DNA from: Histomonas meleagridis 2922-C6/04-290x
Lineage: Eukaryota > Protista > Parabasalia
Assembly (NCBI GenBank): GCA_020184695.1
Contig: JAANOX010000279.1
Span: forward strand, 124,001-188,000
Direction of reading: 5' to 3'
Length of the DNA stretch: 64,000 bases
Every line of letters begins with the position of its first letter. Positions within the stretch are counted from its first letter, which is position 1. The notes below the pieces were generated by a model. It did no database searches. It was not told the origin of the DNA and saw only the letters and a list, made by a program, of their open reading frames with translations. Positions 36,119 through 47,401 of the stretch are shown here, in pieces. A program made the position numbers and the translations under genes.

Positions 36119-37357
36119 ATGCAAGCAATTTTAAGTCGAGAAAATGATACTACCGTAATCAGCACCCCTGATAACCTTATTAAGATTTCTTTTTGGACGG
36201 AAAAAATTTTTTCGGAGATAAATAATTTCGAGATAATTTCTCCAGAAATCAGCGATAGGCTATACAGAACACAGCAGGAACACCTCCAGAACGACCCCAA
36301 CACATCTAGAGGTATCATTAGTCTAAACGTATAAATTTCCGAGAATGTGATGAATTCACCCATTACAGAATTACTTAAATTAAGCACCTACAACCTTATT
36401 CCAACACCAAACACATTCCCATGTTCGTTTTATCCACTTTGTCTACGGATTTCTTATATATTTTCATAATGCATCAAACATGCATATTTGGAAGAAGAGC
36501 ATGAACCACAAGAAATCAACCAACCAAAGCGTTTCTTACCTCACGAACTTACATTATACGCTTGTTTATATGAGAGATTGAAATATCAAGTTCCAAATAT
36601 TATCAACAATTTAATACCATTTTCATTTTATACTTATGAATAAGGTTTTGTTATACGTAGATGTTTTTTACCAAATTGTAATTATTTTATTACAAACCCT
36701 GATGATTTTAGACAGCATTTCGCCGATCACATATTCCAGTTAAAAATTTTAGATCAATCATTTTCCACTAACGGTTATATTTGGTCGATAATTATTTATA
36801 ATGTTAAAATTCGTAACAAAATCCCTACAGTTAGAAAATTTCTTGGAATCCCAGATACAAATATTCTAATACAAAGGAACGTTATTAGTAATAATTCTAA
36901 CATTCCAATTTTAATTTTATTAAGAAACATTGATTTTAATTTTAATAACTCCCCACCTCGTTCAGGATTAATTAATAGAAACATGGATTTAACAGTTCCA
37001 GGTCTACCAATTCAATTTATAGATGGTGGTTTAATTATAGAGAATATTGACTTGAACAATATCAATCATATTCCCCAAATTCCTCTTAACAATGACCCTA
37101 GAGTCAAAGAAATTACAAATAATTTGGAACTAATTAATTGTGAAGTATGTGATTCGATTCCGATTATTGAAGAAGTAAGTGATGAGTTAATGATTAGAGA
37201 TGAGAAAATAAATGAGTTAAGTAATAAATTATTATTATTTATTCTACAAATAATAAAGAATAACTTTAGAAACAATTCTGAAAGCATGGTCAAGTTCATA
37301 CAAATGAAGAAGAAGTTAAAATCAAAATATCAGATGTTTCTATTAAGCGTGAAATAA
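36119..37357 (+). pseudogene. Decayed zinc-finger-like ORF directly downstream of the tRNA
   Basis: One frame runs 36119-37357 with stops at 36332, 36467 and 36641. C2H2-like CSFYPLC..H....H and CFLPNC..QHFADH motifs, plus CEVC. Confidence 0.55.
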
Positions 37358-37565
37358 TTCCTATTAAAATCTCGGAAACTAAAATCACATTCTTTTTTTC
37401 ACAATAAAAATACAAAATTTATCGTTGCAGTATATGATCATTTGATGGGTAGTTGTCATGTAGTGGAAGAAGTGATCTGCCAAATTGGATTTGATTGTTT
37501 AAATGTGCCGATAAATATTGAGAAGTTTTTACAGTTTCGATTCAAAAAACTTAAGTTCAATGTAA

Positions 37566-38723
37566 ATGACAACACTTCATTTTCAAATGATTAGGAACTC
37601 GATCTTATTTTCTAAAATCAAAGTCGGAAATGTATTTGTCGAAAACAGGTTCATGAGATCAGCAACATGGGAAAAACTTGCAGATGAAGATGGATATCCA
37701 ACTAAACCATTATTCGATCAGATGATTAAATACAGCAAAGGGGAATGTGGTTTAATTATTCCTGGATTTATGCATACACTTTCCAGTGGGATTTCAGCCG
37801 AAAAGCAAACAGGATGTTTTACTAAAAAACATTGCGATATGTGGAAAGATACCATCAAACAAATACAAAATAATGGCTCGAAAATTGTTTTTCAATTAGT
37901 TCATGGCGGTGGTCATTGTACAGAATCCTTATCACATCATCAACCGATTACACCGTCAGGTATAACCAAAGGAACAAGAGCGATCAAAGAATCAGAAATT
38001 GATGAAGTTATTGAGTCATTCATACGTTCAGCCAAGAATTTTCAACAAGTTGGTGCTGATGGAATCCAAATTCATTGTGCTCATGGAACGCTTTTAAGTG
38101 ATTTTATATCACCAATACTCAATCAGCGAACAGATAAATATGGTGGCAGCGTTCGAAATCGAGCACGAATTATCCATGAAATAATCGCAGGAATTCGTGA
38201 AGTCACAAATGATTCATTTATTGTTGGGATCAAAATAATGGGCGAAGAATTTGTCAAAGGCGGAATGAATCCTAAATTATGTGTAGAAACTGTTAAAGAA
38301 TTACCGAAACTTGACTTTATTGAAGCATCATGTACAGATCCAAGATATGTATCACGTTCAATATATAATGAAGACTTAATACGAAGAAATTCAAAAATCG
38401 CTGAGCAAATAATTCCAATTGCTAAGAAAATGACTGAAGGAATTCCATTTATCGAAGGTTATAATCTTCCACAAGCAATTCTATTGAAGAAAGCATTCCC
38501 TTCAACAGTCGTGGCTTGCGTTGGCGGATGGAAACATGCGGATAAAATGGAAGAGGCTGTAAAGAGTGGAGAAATTGATATGATTTCTCTTTCAAGGCCA
38601 TTCTTTAAAGACCCATATTTAGTGAAGCATTTGAAAGAAGGAGCAAAAGAAGTACAATGTGAGTTTTGCTCTCTTTGTGCACTTTCACCAGATGGGCCAA
38701 TTCGTTGTCGAAATTGGATCTAA
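37566..38723 (+). CDS. NADH:flavin oxidoreductase / old yellow enzyme family
   Basis: NRFMRSATWE, QLVHGG, GADGIQIHCAHGTLLSDFISPILNQRTDKYGGS and SRPF..DPYL, with C-terminal CEFCSLC. Confidence 0.93.
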   Translation: MTTLHFQMIRNSILFSKIKVGNVFVENRFMRSATWEKLADEDGYPTKPLFDQMIKYSKGECGLIIPGFMHTLSSGISAEKQTGCFTKKHCDMWKDTIKQIQNNGSKIVFQLVHGGGHCTESLSHHQPITPSGITKGTRAIKESEIDEVIESFIRSAKNFQQVGADGIQIHCAHGTLLSDFISPILNQRTDKYGGSVRNRARIIHEIIAGIREVTNDSFIVGIKIMGEEFVKGGMNPKLCVETVKELPKLDFIEASCTDPRYVSRSIYNEDLIRRNSKIAEQIIPIAKKMTEGIPFIEGYNLPQAILLKKAFPSTVVACVGGWKHADKMEEAVKSGEIDMISLSRPFFKDPYLVKHLKEGAKEVQCEFCSLCALSPDGPIRCRNWI

Positions 38724-39000
38724 AAAATTAATAAAAAAAAATAAAAAAAGATTTTTAGAAAGAAGTAATTGTTTTAATATACATATCATTATGAATCATT
38801 TTCTATGTGACCAAATAAAGATCATATAATAAGGACTGCACTAAATACCATAAATAATTTTCAATATTGATATCAGTTCATTGTTATTCAAGAAGAAATT
38901 TTTAACAAATGCCTATTTTGAATGGTTATTGGGGTGTACCAAAAAATGTAATTTTTTTATAGTCAATTAATTGAAAGAAAGCGACATATTTTAAAAAGAA

Positions 39001-40197
39001 ATGTTCAATTTAGTGCTTTTATTTGAAGGAGATCCATGTCAACTTACAGAGCAATATCCTAAAGGCGCTGAAATTGATGAAATTTCCTTAATAACAGCCC
39101 TTTGCATTCCTCAAACACTTAAAACAAAAGATGAGGAAGTATTTGTTTTCAATACGAATGATTCGTATTGTTTTGCATGGGCATTTACTTACAAGAGAAT
39201 TCCTGCATCTATTGTGGTTGTAAGTTCGACTTTTCGTCCAGCAATTTTCTTTGATTTTTTTAAATCTCTACAAGAAACATTTCAAACTACTCCAGAAAGC
39301 GATCCTCTCTGTCGCTTTGGCCTTGCCAAGTCTTTAATGATATCATGGCATTCTAACTGCCAAAATGAAATTGTGATAAATTATCCATTCAAAAAACATA
39401 TTATTGATTTTTCCACCATCACAAGCTGGACATCTAATTTTAGTGTTATACCTATTTCACCTTACATTGACGAAATATGGAATTCCATAATTTCAAATAA
39501 TGGGGTAATGCTTATTGCCCCCTCAGCTGAGATAGCCTCCATCTCTGCCATTGCTACGCTATCACTTTTTGAACCCCTAAAATATGAAGAACCATATTTA
39601 TTATATACCCAATCAAACGATCCACGCTATCAAGAAATATTAAATGGAGAAACGAAATATAAATTCATTGCAACAACTGATCCTGAGCTTGCTGAGCATT
39701 GCAAAGGGTTTAATACAATTTGTCAGCTTGCCATGAATCAAACAATTCCTAATCAAACAAAACCGTCAGCGAAACTTCGCGAAGAATATTCGAGAAAGAC
39801 ATATCGTTTGCTATGCATTCTTACACAGTATGTTTATTGTGCACTTCTTTTCAATCCTTATTTCAACATATTAAATCGTAAAATTGACGGAAACGAATTC
39901 AAAAAGTATTTCGGCGAATTCCCTAAAAAGCTTTTCGAGAATTTGCAAAATACGCAAACATATCAGAAATGGCGACATGGAAGAATCGATATCGATGAGG
40001 TGAGATGGGCGTTTTTGTCATGCCAACCACAAGACGCCGTGTCGCAAGTCAAACAGGATGAGCTAATCGTTGCATATAATGAGTTGTCGGCAATTGAACA
40101 TATGTGTAAAAGAGATGCTCATTTAAGAGCTGTGGTACAAAGTAACTTAAGGCTTCTCAAAAAAAGAATAAAGAAAGAAATGAGAAACAGAGAATAG
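39001..40197 (+). CDS. Hypothetical protein, possibly DENN-related
   Basis: 398-aa open ORF with a longin-like N-terminus; family assignment weak. Confidence 0.45.
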   Translation: MFNLVLLFEGDPCQLTEQYPKGAEIDEISLITALCIPQTLKTKDEEVFVFNTNDSYCFAWAFTYKRIPASIVVVSSTFRPAIFFDFFKSLQETFQTTPESDPLCRFGLAKSLMISWHSNCQNEIVINYPFKKHIIDFSTITSWTSNFSVIPISPYIDEIWNSIISNNGVMLIAPSAEIASISAIATLSLFEPLKYEEPYLLYTQSNDPRYQEILNGETKYKFIATTDPELAEHCKGFNTICQLAMNQTIPNQTKPSAKLREEYSRKTYRLLCILTQYVYCALLFNPYFNILNRKIDGNEFKKYFGEFPKKLFENLQNTQTYQKWRHGRIDIDEVRWAFLSCQPQDAVSQVKQDELIVAYNELSAIEHMCKRDAHLRAVVQSNLRLLKKRIKKEMRNRE

Positions 40198-40639
40198 TCA
40201 ATTTGTATTTAATAAATCGATTTATTTATTTATTTTTCAAGGGTATAAATGAAATTTATTTCACTTTTTACCTAAATGTAAATGAATAAAATTCTGTTAA
40301 ATTTATAAAATATATTTGTGTATGTGTGAAGATGAATATTATCATTGGTTTTCGGAAATGAGAGAAAATCAATAAATTATGCAATTTATTTTCGATGATA
40401 AACACGACTTTTTTTGAGCTCAAATATCGTTTTTTAATTCAAACTTATTTAAAAAGTTAATTTTGCGCCCTTTTGCATTGATATACATCCAAATCCTTCA
40501 CTTAAATACAACAACAGAACTAACATTACACTATCGATTATTATTAATGTTAACATGAACTAGTTAGGTTAAAATGTCAACAGCTGAATATAATTTATTT
40601 GATTCATCAAACGTTATTTGGAATTTACCCATGGGTAAA

Positions 40640-40915
40640 TTGTCTTGGCCTCAAACAACTTTAAATGGCCAACATTTTATTTTATCTTGAGGAATATGAT
40701 CATTAAACATTCGTCAAATCCCTAAAGTCATATATTGTAGAATATAAATAAGTGTTGTTCTTTTGAGTCTTTCCCAACAATTACATTTCCGTTCTCAGTG
40801 AAAGTTACATAAGAAGGAATATCAGTGATGAATTCAGTTGAACTGTTTCTAAATACAGAAATACTACTGTGATTTGCACCAAAATAAATGCCAATTATTG
40901 GTATTGTTTCATTGA
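40640..40915 (-). pseudogene. Hsp70 N-terminal relic
   Basis: IIGIYFGANHSSISVF, IPSYVTFTE..IVGKDSKEQ and CWPFKVV, broken by stops and frameshifts. Confidence 0.7.
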
Positions 40916-41686
40916 TTCCATAAAATAAACACAGTAAAACTTTCCATCACAACCAGCATTTTTCAAACTGCAGTCTAAATAGTCTGCGTGAAATTTTGCT
41001 TGTTTTGACTAAATATCATTCTTAATAAATATCGATATGCTTTTTTCCTTGGAATATTATGATTTTTTATGAAATATAGTAGATATTTAATCGAAAAATA
41101 TAACAAGATGGAAATATCTTTCTATTACGTTATTAACATTTTAATTTTATATGTGATTAATAAAGGAAATTATTTAATATTTGTTCGTTCATGACTTCGA
41201 TTTGTAGTTCGAAAAATGAGTTTTTTATATTTTAACGTTATATTTAATATTTCATATCTGAATGATTTTCGGTGTTTGAGCAATCATTTATTATGAATTT
41301 TATGAGTTCTATTCCTCTCGTACCTTCGAACACAAACTGTTTAAGCATACGTTTAAAAAGGGACCGTTAAAAATACGTTATCCACACTCGAGCTTTTTCC
41401 CCATTTGGACCCAAATTTTCTCATATTGCAACCCTGGTCGTTTGTTGGTTTTTATTTGTTGTGTTTTTGGTTTTGCTTTCGCATTTGAATATTTAATTTC
41501 AAAAATTCGAAATTATATTATGAGGTGCACCTATGGATGTTATTGAAGAGCAATGAATTTTTCTTCAAGGGCTCAACATCCAATTGGTGAAAATATGTTA
41601 AACATGCAAATCCATGTAAATAATGGTAAAAAAAATTAAAGCAAAAGTAAACGTTCTTTGGATAAAAATAAACGGCCGAACTGCTG

Positions 41687-42721
41687 ATGGAGGAAGAATC
41701 AGTTGGAGAAGGACACTCAAAATGTCTAATCCTTGGTGGCTATCTAGTTTTGGACAATAAAAATACAGGTGTAGTTCTCTCTCTAGATCCTAAAGTTAGA
41801 TGCATTACAAGAAAAATTACTGATAATAACAATTCACAGTTTGCAGTTCATGTCAATATACTACCACACAATTATACATTTGATTTTATGGAATGTGATT
41901 GGGCAGATCCATCAACATTTGGAAAAAAGTTTGAGCGATATATTCTTGGCTCTTTACATGTATTCTTCAAAAAAAATCCAATTCCTGATTTTCATATATC
42001 AATGGAATTAATTGGTGATCCAGAATTTTATAATGAAAATGGAAAAGTTGGTCTTGGGTCTAGTTCTGCAACAACTGTATCAATCATGAAAAGTTTATTT
42101 GGTTTATTTGTTCCTAATCTCGAAAACCCTGAAGAAAAAATCTTTAAATTTTCTGCAGTTGCACACAGTATAACACAAGGAAATATTGGTTCATGCTTTG
42201 ACATTTCATGTGCAATATGGGGATCACAAATTTTCCGTAGGCCATCTCCAGAATTCATTAACTTTGAACATATTGATGATAAATGGAACTATGAAGTTAT
42301 TCCTCATCACTCATCAAATTTAATTTATGTACTTCTTTTATCAACTCCTTTTGCTGGCTCAGAAACGCCAGGGCTTGTTCGACAATTTCTATCAAAATCA
42401 AAAGGATCAGGTCTTTATGATAAACTTCAGCTTAAAGTTAGCCTAGCCACAGATGCGTTATTTTCATATGACATCACCCAAATTCGCAGAACGTTCAAAG
42501 AAGTTCGAAACACCCTCATTGAAATCACCAACAAATGGGGCGTTCCCATAGTTCCTCCACAAGTCGAAAAAATTGCAGATGAAGTTGAATCATTTGATTC
42601 AGTCATCACGGCGGTTATACCCGGCGCCGGCGGTTTTGACTCCATTGCGGTTTTGTCGGAGCGCCCCGACGTCGATTTTTCTTCTATTAAACTCAAAGTG
42701 ATTGCACGAGCACAAATATAA
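41687..42721 (+). CDS. Phosphomevalonate kinase, ERG8-type GHMP kinase
   Basis: SKCLILGGYLVLD, KVGLGSSSA, AHSITQGNIGSCFDISCAIWGS and IPGAGGFDSI. Confidence 0.88.
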   Translation: MEEESVGEGHSKCLILGGYLVLDNKNTGVVLSLDPKVRCITRKITDNNNSQFAVHVNILPHNYTFDFMECDWADPSTFGKKFERYILGSLHVFFKKNPIPDFHISMELIGDPEFYNENGKVGLGSSSATTVSIMKSLFGLFVPNLENPEEKIFKFSAVAHSITQGNIGSCFDISCAIWGSQIFRRPSPEFINFEHIDDKWNYEVIPHHSSNLIYVLLLSTPFAGSETPGLVRQFLSKSKGSGLYDKLQLKVSLATDALFSYDITQIRRTFKEVRNTLIEITNKWGVPIVPPQVEKIADEVESFDSVITAVIPGAGGFDSIAVLSERPDVDFSSIKLKVIARAQI

Positions 42722-42766
42722 ACATTGTAGTAAATCGTTTATTTATAGTTACATTTCTTTTACTGC

Positions 42767-43717
42767 TTATATCAAGTTTAAAGGAGTTCTTTGGGTAGAA
42801 AGAGATATCACTGGAGGATGAACATAAATTGGTGTTTCCCATTGTAATTGTTCTGTTCCTTGGTTAAAAATGAATTGAACCAAATAACTGACAACAAAAA
42901 TATCAGTCGAAAAATTGGGTACAGTTTGGAACGTAATCGGAATGTTGAATCGTTTCATTAATGTGTTTTCAAGTCCAATATTTGTGGTCGATAAAATAGT
43001 TGTTTCTTTATGGCCATTTGCTTCGTAAAGTTCGTTTCGTATGACTTTGATGTGAACTTCTTTTAATGGAACTTTGATATCAATGACGCCTGTGACTTCA
43101 TTGCCCGCATTAAAACTTGAATCCATGGTGATGAGAACTATGGTCGATCCTTTGCTTTGGATTTGATAGGTTTGAAGTTTGTGGGTTGACGTATCCTTAA
43201 ATGGACAGCCAAGTGAAAATGGAGCTGGAACAGATCCGGTTTCAAATGATGTGATTTCGAAGCTACCTGTGGATTGGGCCTTCTCAAGAATGAGAGAAGA
43301 TGAGAATGGAGCAATTAAACGAATTGGAATAGAAATGGCTGTAACAGGTTGATTTTCTATTTGAGCTGCAAAACGAAGTTCATATTTAATGGAAATACCT
43401 TCCCCATCATAGGACGGAGGGATGCCGTTCGCAATCAAAGTGGCACAAAATGACTTTGGAGGATAAAAATTCCTAGAGATAAGTCTTGAACCACTCATTA
43501 CATGACCAAAGAATGGAGTTTCTTGTTGTATTCCAAGCGAATCATGAACAAGATTTTGAAGAATTGATTCTGTTGCAGGTTTTAATGATCGAACCTTTCC
43601 AGCAATTTGTGCGGAAACCCATAAAACTTTTGATTCACAATCTGATATGTCTACTTGGACTGTGAACTTTTGTCCAAGAAATATCATTGGATTATTTGGA
43701 GTTATTGTAATTTTCAT
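42767..43717 (-). CDS. RGP1-like / arrestin-fold protein
   Basis: Beta-rich sequence with IPPSYDGEGISIKYEL and PNFSTDIFVVSYLVQFIF...W. Confidence 0.55.
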   Translation of the reverse strand: MKITITPNNPMIFLGQKFTVQVDISDCESKVLWVSAQIAGKVRSLKPATESILQNLVHDSLGIQQETPFFGHVMSGSRLISRNFYPPKSFCATLIANGIPPSYDGEGISIKYELRFAAQIENQPVTAISIPIRLIAPFSSSLILEKAQSTGSFEITSFETGSVPAPFSLGCPFKDTSTHKLQTYQIQSKGSTIVLITMDSSFNAGNEVTGVIDIKVPLKEVHIKVIRNELYEANGHKETTILSTTNIGLENTLMKRFNIPITFQTVPNFSTDIFVVSYLVQFIFNQGTEQLQWETPIYVHPPVISLSTQRTPLNLI

Positions 43718-43790
43718 TTTCTAGTTATGGTCAAAACCGCTATGTGAAGTGGCAAAAACGGTTTTGTTCGTTAACGATCTTGTCTAAAAA

Positions 43791-44849
43791 ATGCGAAGAT
43801 TTAATCCAGATAAAAATAAAAGTCAAATTGTTTTTGGAACTTATGAAAGTAATGAAAAATTTTCAACAATGACTATGTCAACAATACCAAACCAAAAACC
43901 TATTGTACGAACTAAAAATGAAGATTTTTCATTAAGGACTGATGATATTGATGGCGCACAATATAAGCCTGATTCAAGATTTCAACATGATTTTGTTCTT
44001 AATATTAGTGATATAGAAGGCACTAAACCAATTACACATATTGATAAAAGCAAAGCACCAGTTGATATCATGAATGTTAATGATATCGAAGGCGCACAAC
44101 CTCGTATTTGTAGAAACCTTCCACATTCAAAGCGTCATACAAATCCTTTAAATCCTGAATATCAATTACCAACAAAAAAAGAAGAACCGCCGCCAGTTAC
44201 TAAATTTGTATATGATGGCTTTAACTTTGATGATATTCCTGGTGTTCATCCCAAATCATATAAGCCAACAAAACCTGCACGCGATATCATGAAAGTTGAT
44301 GACATTGCAGGAGCGCGACCAAAATTTGAAAACAGACGTTTTGATACATCCAATCGGATTTTAGATGTATCAGACATTAATGCAGATGGTATGTTCAAAA
44401 CAAAACGACATACAAATCCATTAAATCCTGAATATAATTATGATGGACATATTCTTGAAAATGATTTTGGTGTTTCACACACAAATTATCTTTCAAGAAA
44501 TGATAACATTGACTTAAGTCTAACAGTAAATGACATAAATGGTGCGTCGGCTGATTCTTCGACACAATGGATTCGAAGTTATCGAATGCCTAAAGAAGAA
44601 GCTGACGACGAAGACAATGATAGAAATGTTCAAACGTCATTGATCTTACCATCAATGATAAAGGAAACAGCAATTTTGGAAAGAAAAAAGGCAATCGACA
44701 AAATGAGAGGTGAAAGGATTAGAAAATTCGAAAATAGACACCTCGAAACTGTTTCACATACAGATAAAGTACAAGCGGCACTAAGGAAAAAGAGAAATAG
44801 CGAAACTAAACCCAGAGCAACTTTCTCTGTTTCGCCAATCACTATGTAA
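43791..44849 (+). CDS. Repeat protein (DIxGA-P and RHTNPLNPEY repeats), possibly flagellar
   Basis: About six DIxG[AT] units and two RHTNPLNPEY units. Confidence 0.65.
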   Translation: MRRFNPDKNKSQIVFGTYESNEKFSTMTMSTIPNQKPIVRTKNEDFSLRTDDIDGAQYKPDSRFQHDFVLNISDIEGTKPITHIDKSKAPVDIMNVNDIEGAQPRICRNLPHSKRHTNPLNPEYQLPTKKEEPPPVTKFVYDGFNFDDIPGVHPKSYKPTKPARDIMKVDDIAGARPKFENRRFDTSNRILDVSDINADGMFKTKRHTNPLNPEYNYDGHILENDFGVSHTNYLSRNDNIDLSLTVNDINGASADSSTQWIRSYRMPKEEADDEDNDRNVQTSLILPSMIKETAILERKKAIDKMRGERIRKFENRHLETVSHTDKVQAALRKKRNSETKPRATFSVSPITM

Positions 44850-45164
44850 TTAATAAATGTTTTTTATTTTCACAACACTAAAAAATTTTTAAATTTAGAG
44901 TTCTTTCTCAACTTGAACTCATACATATAATGAGGTAATTGCCTGAATTCGATAGAAGAATTGTATTCAAATTCGAATGAAAAAAGAGTTTCATTTCAAA
45001 CACATTTAAAAAAATGATAAATTATTTAATTCTTGACAAGAAGTTATTACTGGAGAAATAAGAATTAAAATGTCTTTTTAGTTGTATAAAACCATTGAAC
45101 GATTAGTTATAATTTGATGAAAACACAGAAATATTTTAGATTGTTCACTTTACTTATTTTAGTC

Positions 45165-46352
45165 TTAAGCCAATTGATGTGGTTCATTGCGTTCGACTAT
45201 CTTCTTAAGTGCAGCTGCAACTGACTTGCACTTGCAATGCATGATCATTGAAGCGATGATGAATGGCTTGTGGGAAGCCTCGTTATAAGTATCCAAGCGG
45301 TGCTTCTGGAAGCATTCGTTTGTGATTTCGCCTCTTTCGCATGAAAGTCCAGAGATATCAGCTGGAAGGCAGTGCATGTAGAGTGCATTCTTAGTTGTGG
45401 CCATCATCTCATCATCAGTTTGCCAGTCAATGAACTTCTTGTTAAGCTCAAGACATTCTTTCTCAGTGACCTTAAGACCATCATAGTCCTTAGCTTTGAG
45501 TTGTTCTGTACGGCGTGCAGATATGAACATTGGTGCCCAGCTCTTTGGATAAACAACATCAGCACCAACGAAGGCTGCCTTCATATCGTGTGTAATTTCG
45601 AATGTACCGCCTGATTTCTCAGCATTCTTACGTGCAATTTCAACAATCTCTGGAATGAGATCATAGCCTTCTGGGTGAGCAAGAACAAGATTTGTGCCGA
45701 AACGAGAAAGAAGGGCAATGATGGATTGTGGAACAGAAAGTGGTTTGCCATAGGATGGTGAGTATGCCCATGACATAACAATCTTCTTGCCTTTGAGGGC
45801 TTCGATGGAGCCGAAGTGCTTGACAAGGTGAGAAAGATCGGCCATGGCTTGTGTTGGATGATCTTCATCACATTGAAGATTGACAATGCATGGACGCTTC
45901 ATTAAAACGTTACGTTCATGGGATTCTGTGATGGATGAAGCAACTTCTAACATGTAGGTGTGACCAGCGCCAAGATAAAGATCATCACGAATACCAATGC
46001 ATTCAGTGAAGAAGGAGATCATAGTAGCTGTTTCACGAACTGTTTCACCGTGTGAGATTTGGGACTTACCTTCATCAAGATCTGATGGAGTTAAACCGAG
46101 TAATGAAGCAGCGCTCATGAATGAGAAACGTGTACGTGTAGAGTTATCACGGAAGATAGAAGCGGCGAGACCACCATTGAAGATCTTGCATGATACATTC
46201 TTGCGGATAAGTTCTTCAAGTGCCCAGCTGCAGTTAAGAGTTGAACGGATAACTTCATCGTTCATGTCCCAGGTACGGAGCCAATCGCCACCATATGTGT
46301 TAACCTTTGGCTCGAGTTTTTCGCATTCAGCGATGTATTGTTCCACACTCAT
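45165..46352 (-). CDS. ygeW: YgeW-family (knotted) carbamoyltransferase, bacterial-type
   Basis: IFRDNSTRTRFSF, LQCDEDHPTQAMAD, SWAYSPSYGKPLSVPQ, DVVYPKSWAP and LYMHCLPADISG. Inr TCACT at 46357-46361. Confidence 0.88.
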   Translation of the reverse strand: MSVEQYIAECEKLEPKVNTYGGDWLRTWDMNDEVIRSTLNCSWALEELIRKNVSCKIFNGGLAASIFRDNSTRTRFSFMSAASLLGLTPSDLDEGKSQISHGETVRETATMISFFTECIGIRDDLYLGAGHTYMLEVASSITESHERNVLMKRPCIVNLQCDEDHPTQAMADLSHLVKHFGSIEALKGKKIVMSWAYSPSYGKPLSVPQSIIALLSRFGTNLVLAHPEGYDLIPEIVEIARKNAEKSGGTFEITHDMKAAFVGADVVYPKSWAPMFISARRTEQLKAKDYDGLKVTEKECLELNKKFIDWQTDDEMMATTKNALYMHCLPADISGLSCERGEITNECFQKHRLDTYNEASHKPFIIASMIMHCKCKSVAAALKKIVERNEPHQLA

Positions 46353-46702
46353 TGAAAGTGATGTGGCTGCTTCTATCGTTTTAGGATTTTGACATATTTA
46401 TATTCATTTCAGATGATTGTTTTTGTTTGAAACCTTTCAATTAAGTTTTGTGAATTGAAAATTCAATATAGAAAAACGATGAATAGAAATGAATACACTA
46501 TTCCGGTTGCTTTTTATGGTGTTTTTGAAAAGCTCTTTTTCCTTTGTGCAAAGGATAATACAACAAGTAAAAATTGGGCGAAGGACACACTTAAGCACAT
46601 GAAGCCAATGCTCATAATCAAAAAGTTAACTGAATTAAATTTGAAAAAGATAAGAGATTTTCTTGAAAATAGCGATAACAAACAATCACTTTGATAAAGC
46701 TA

Positions 46703-47401
46703 TTAGCTATAACCAGATTTTGATCTTTGGGTGTTTTGAAATTCTTGAAGGGTCTGTTTAATATCATTCAATTCTTCAAGAATATGTGATGGTAGCGAAT
46801 CATTTCCTTGGCGAAATGATTTAAGATCAGAAAATGCTTTTTGTAAAACTTTTTCTGCATTTTTGTTTCTTTCTTCCCAAAACTCTATCAAGGATTCCAA
46901 ATCATTATTTTCACTATCGATAGATTCTTTGGTATCTATGAGATCCTGTAGTTGCTGGCGTAAAGCTGTGAGTTCTCGAAGAGAATTACTTTTTTTAGAA
47001 TTTAATTTTTGTTCTTTGATTGCAAGATCTGTTCGCTTTTGTGATAACATTATGGATTCTTTTTGTTTTTCTTCATACAGTTCGGATATTTCTTTAAGTT
47101 GCGATGATAAATCGTTGATTTGTGATCCTGGAGAAAATTTGCAGAATGTTAAATTTGGTTGAAATCCTGGATCTTGTAAAGATGATCTTAACTCAGCAAA
47201 TTTTTTGTAAGTTTCAGGCGAAATCCTATTTGTTTTTGCTAGTTGTTCAGCAACAGAAATATGAATTTTAATTGACTCAATGTCTTTCGATAATTCTGTT
47301 TTTTCTTGATCCAATTGTTCCCTTAGCCTTCTGTTTTCCTCTAATAGCGCTTTCATTGCTGAAAAATTTAATGGAACTATTGGAATTTGTTGCGAAGACA
47401 T
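46703..47401 (-). CDS. Hypothetical coiled-coil protein
   Basis: 232-aa ORF with heptad-like composition. Confidence 0.65.
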   Translation of the reverse strand: MSSQQIPIVPLNFSAMKALLEENRRLREQLDQEKTELSKDIESIKIHISVAEQLAKTNRISPETYKKFAELRSSLQDPGFQPNLTFCKFSPGSQINDLSSQLKEISELYEEKQKESIMLSQKRTDLAIKEQKLNSKKSNSLRELTALRQQLQDLIDTKESIDSENNDLESLIEFWEERNKNAEKVLQKAFSDLKSFRQGNDSLPSHILEELNDIKQTLQEFQNTQRSKSGYS

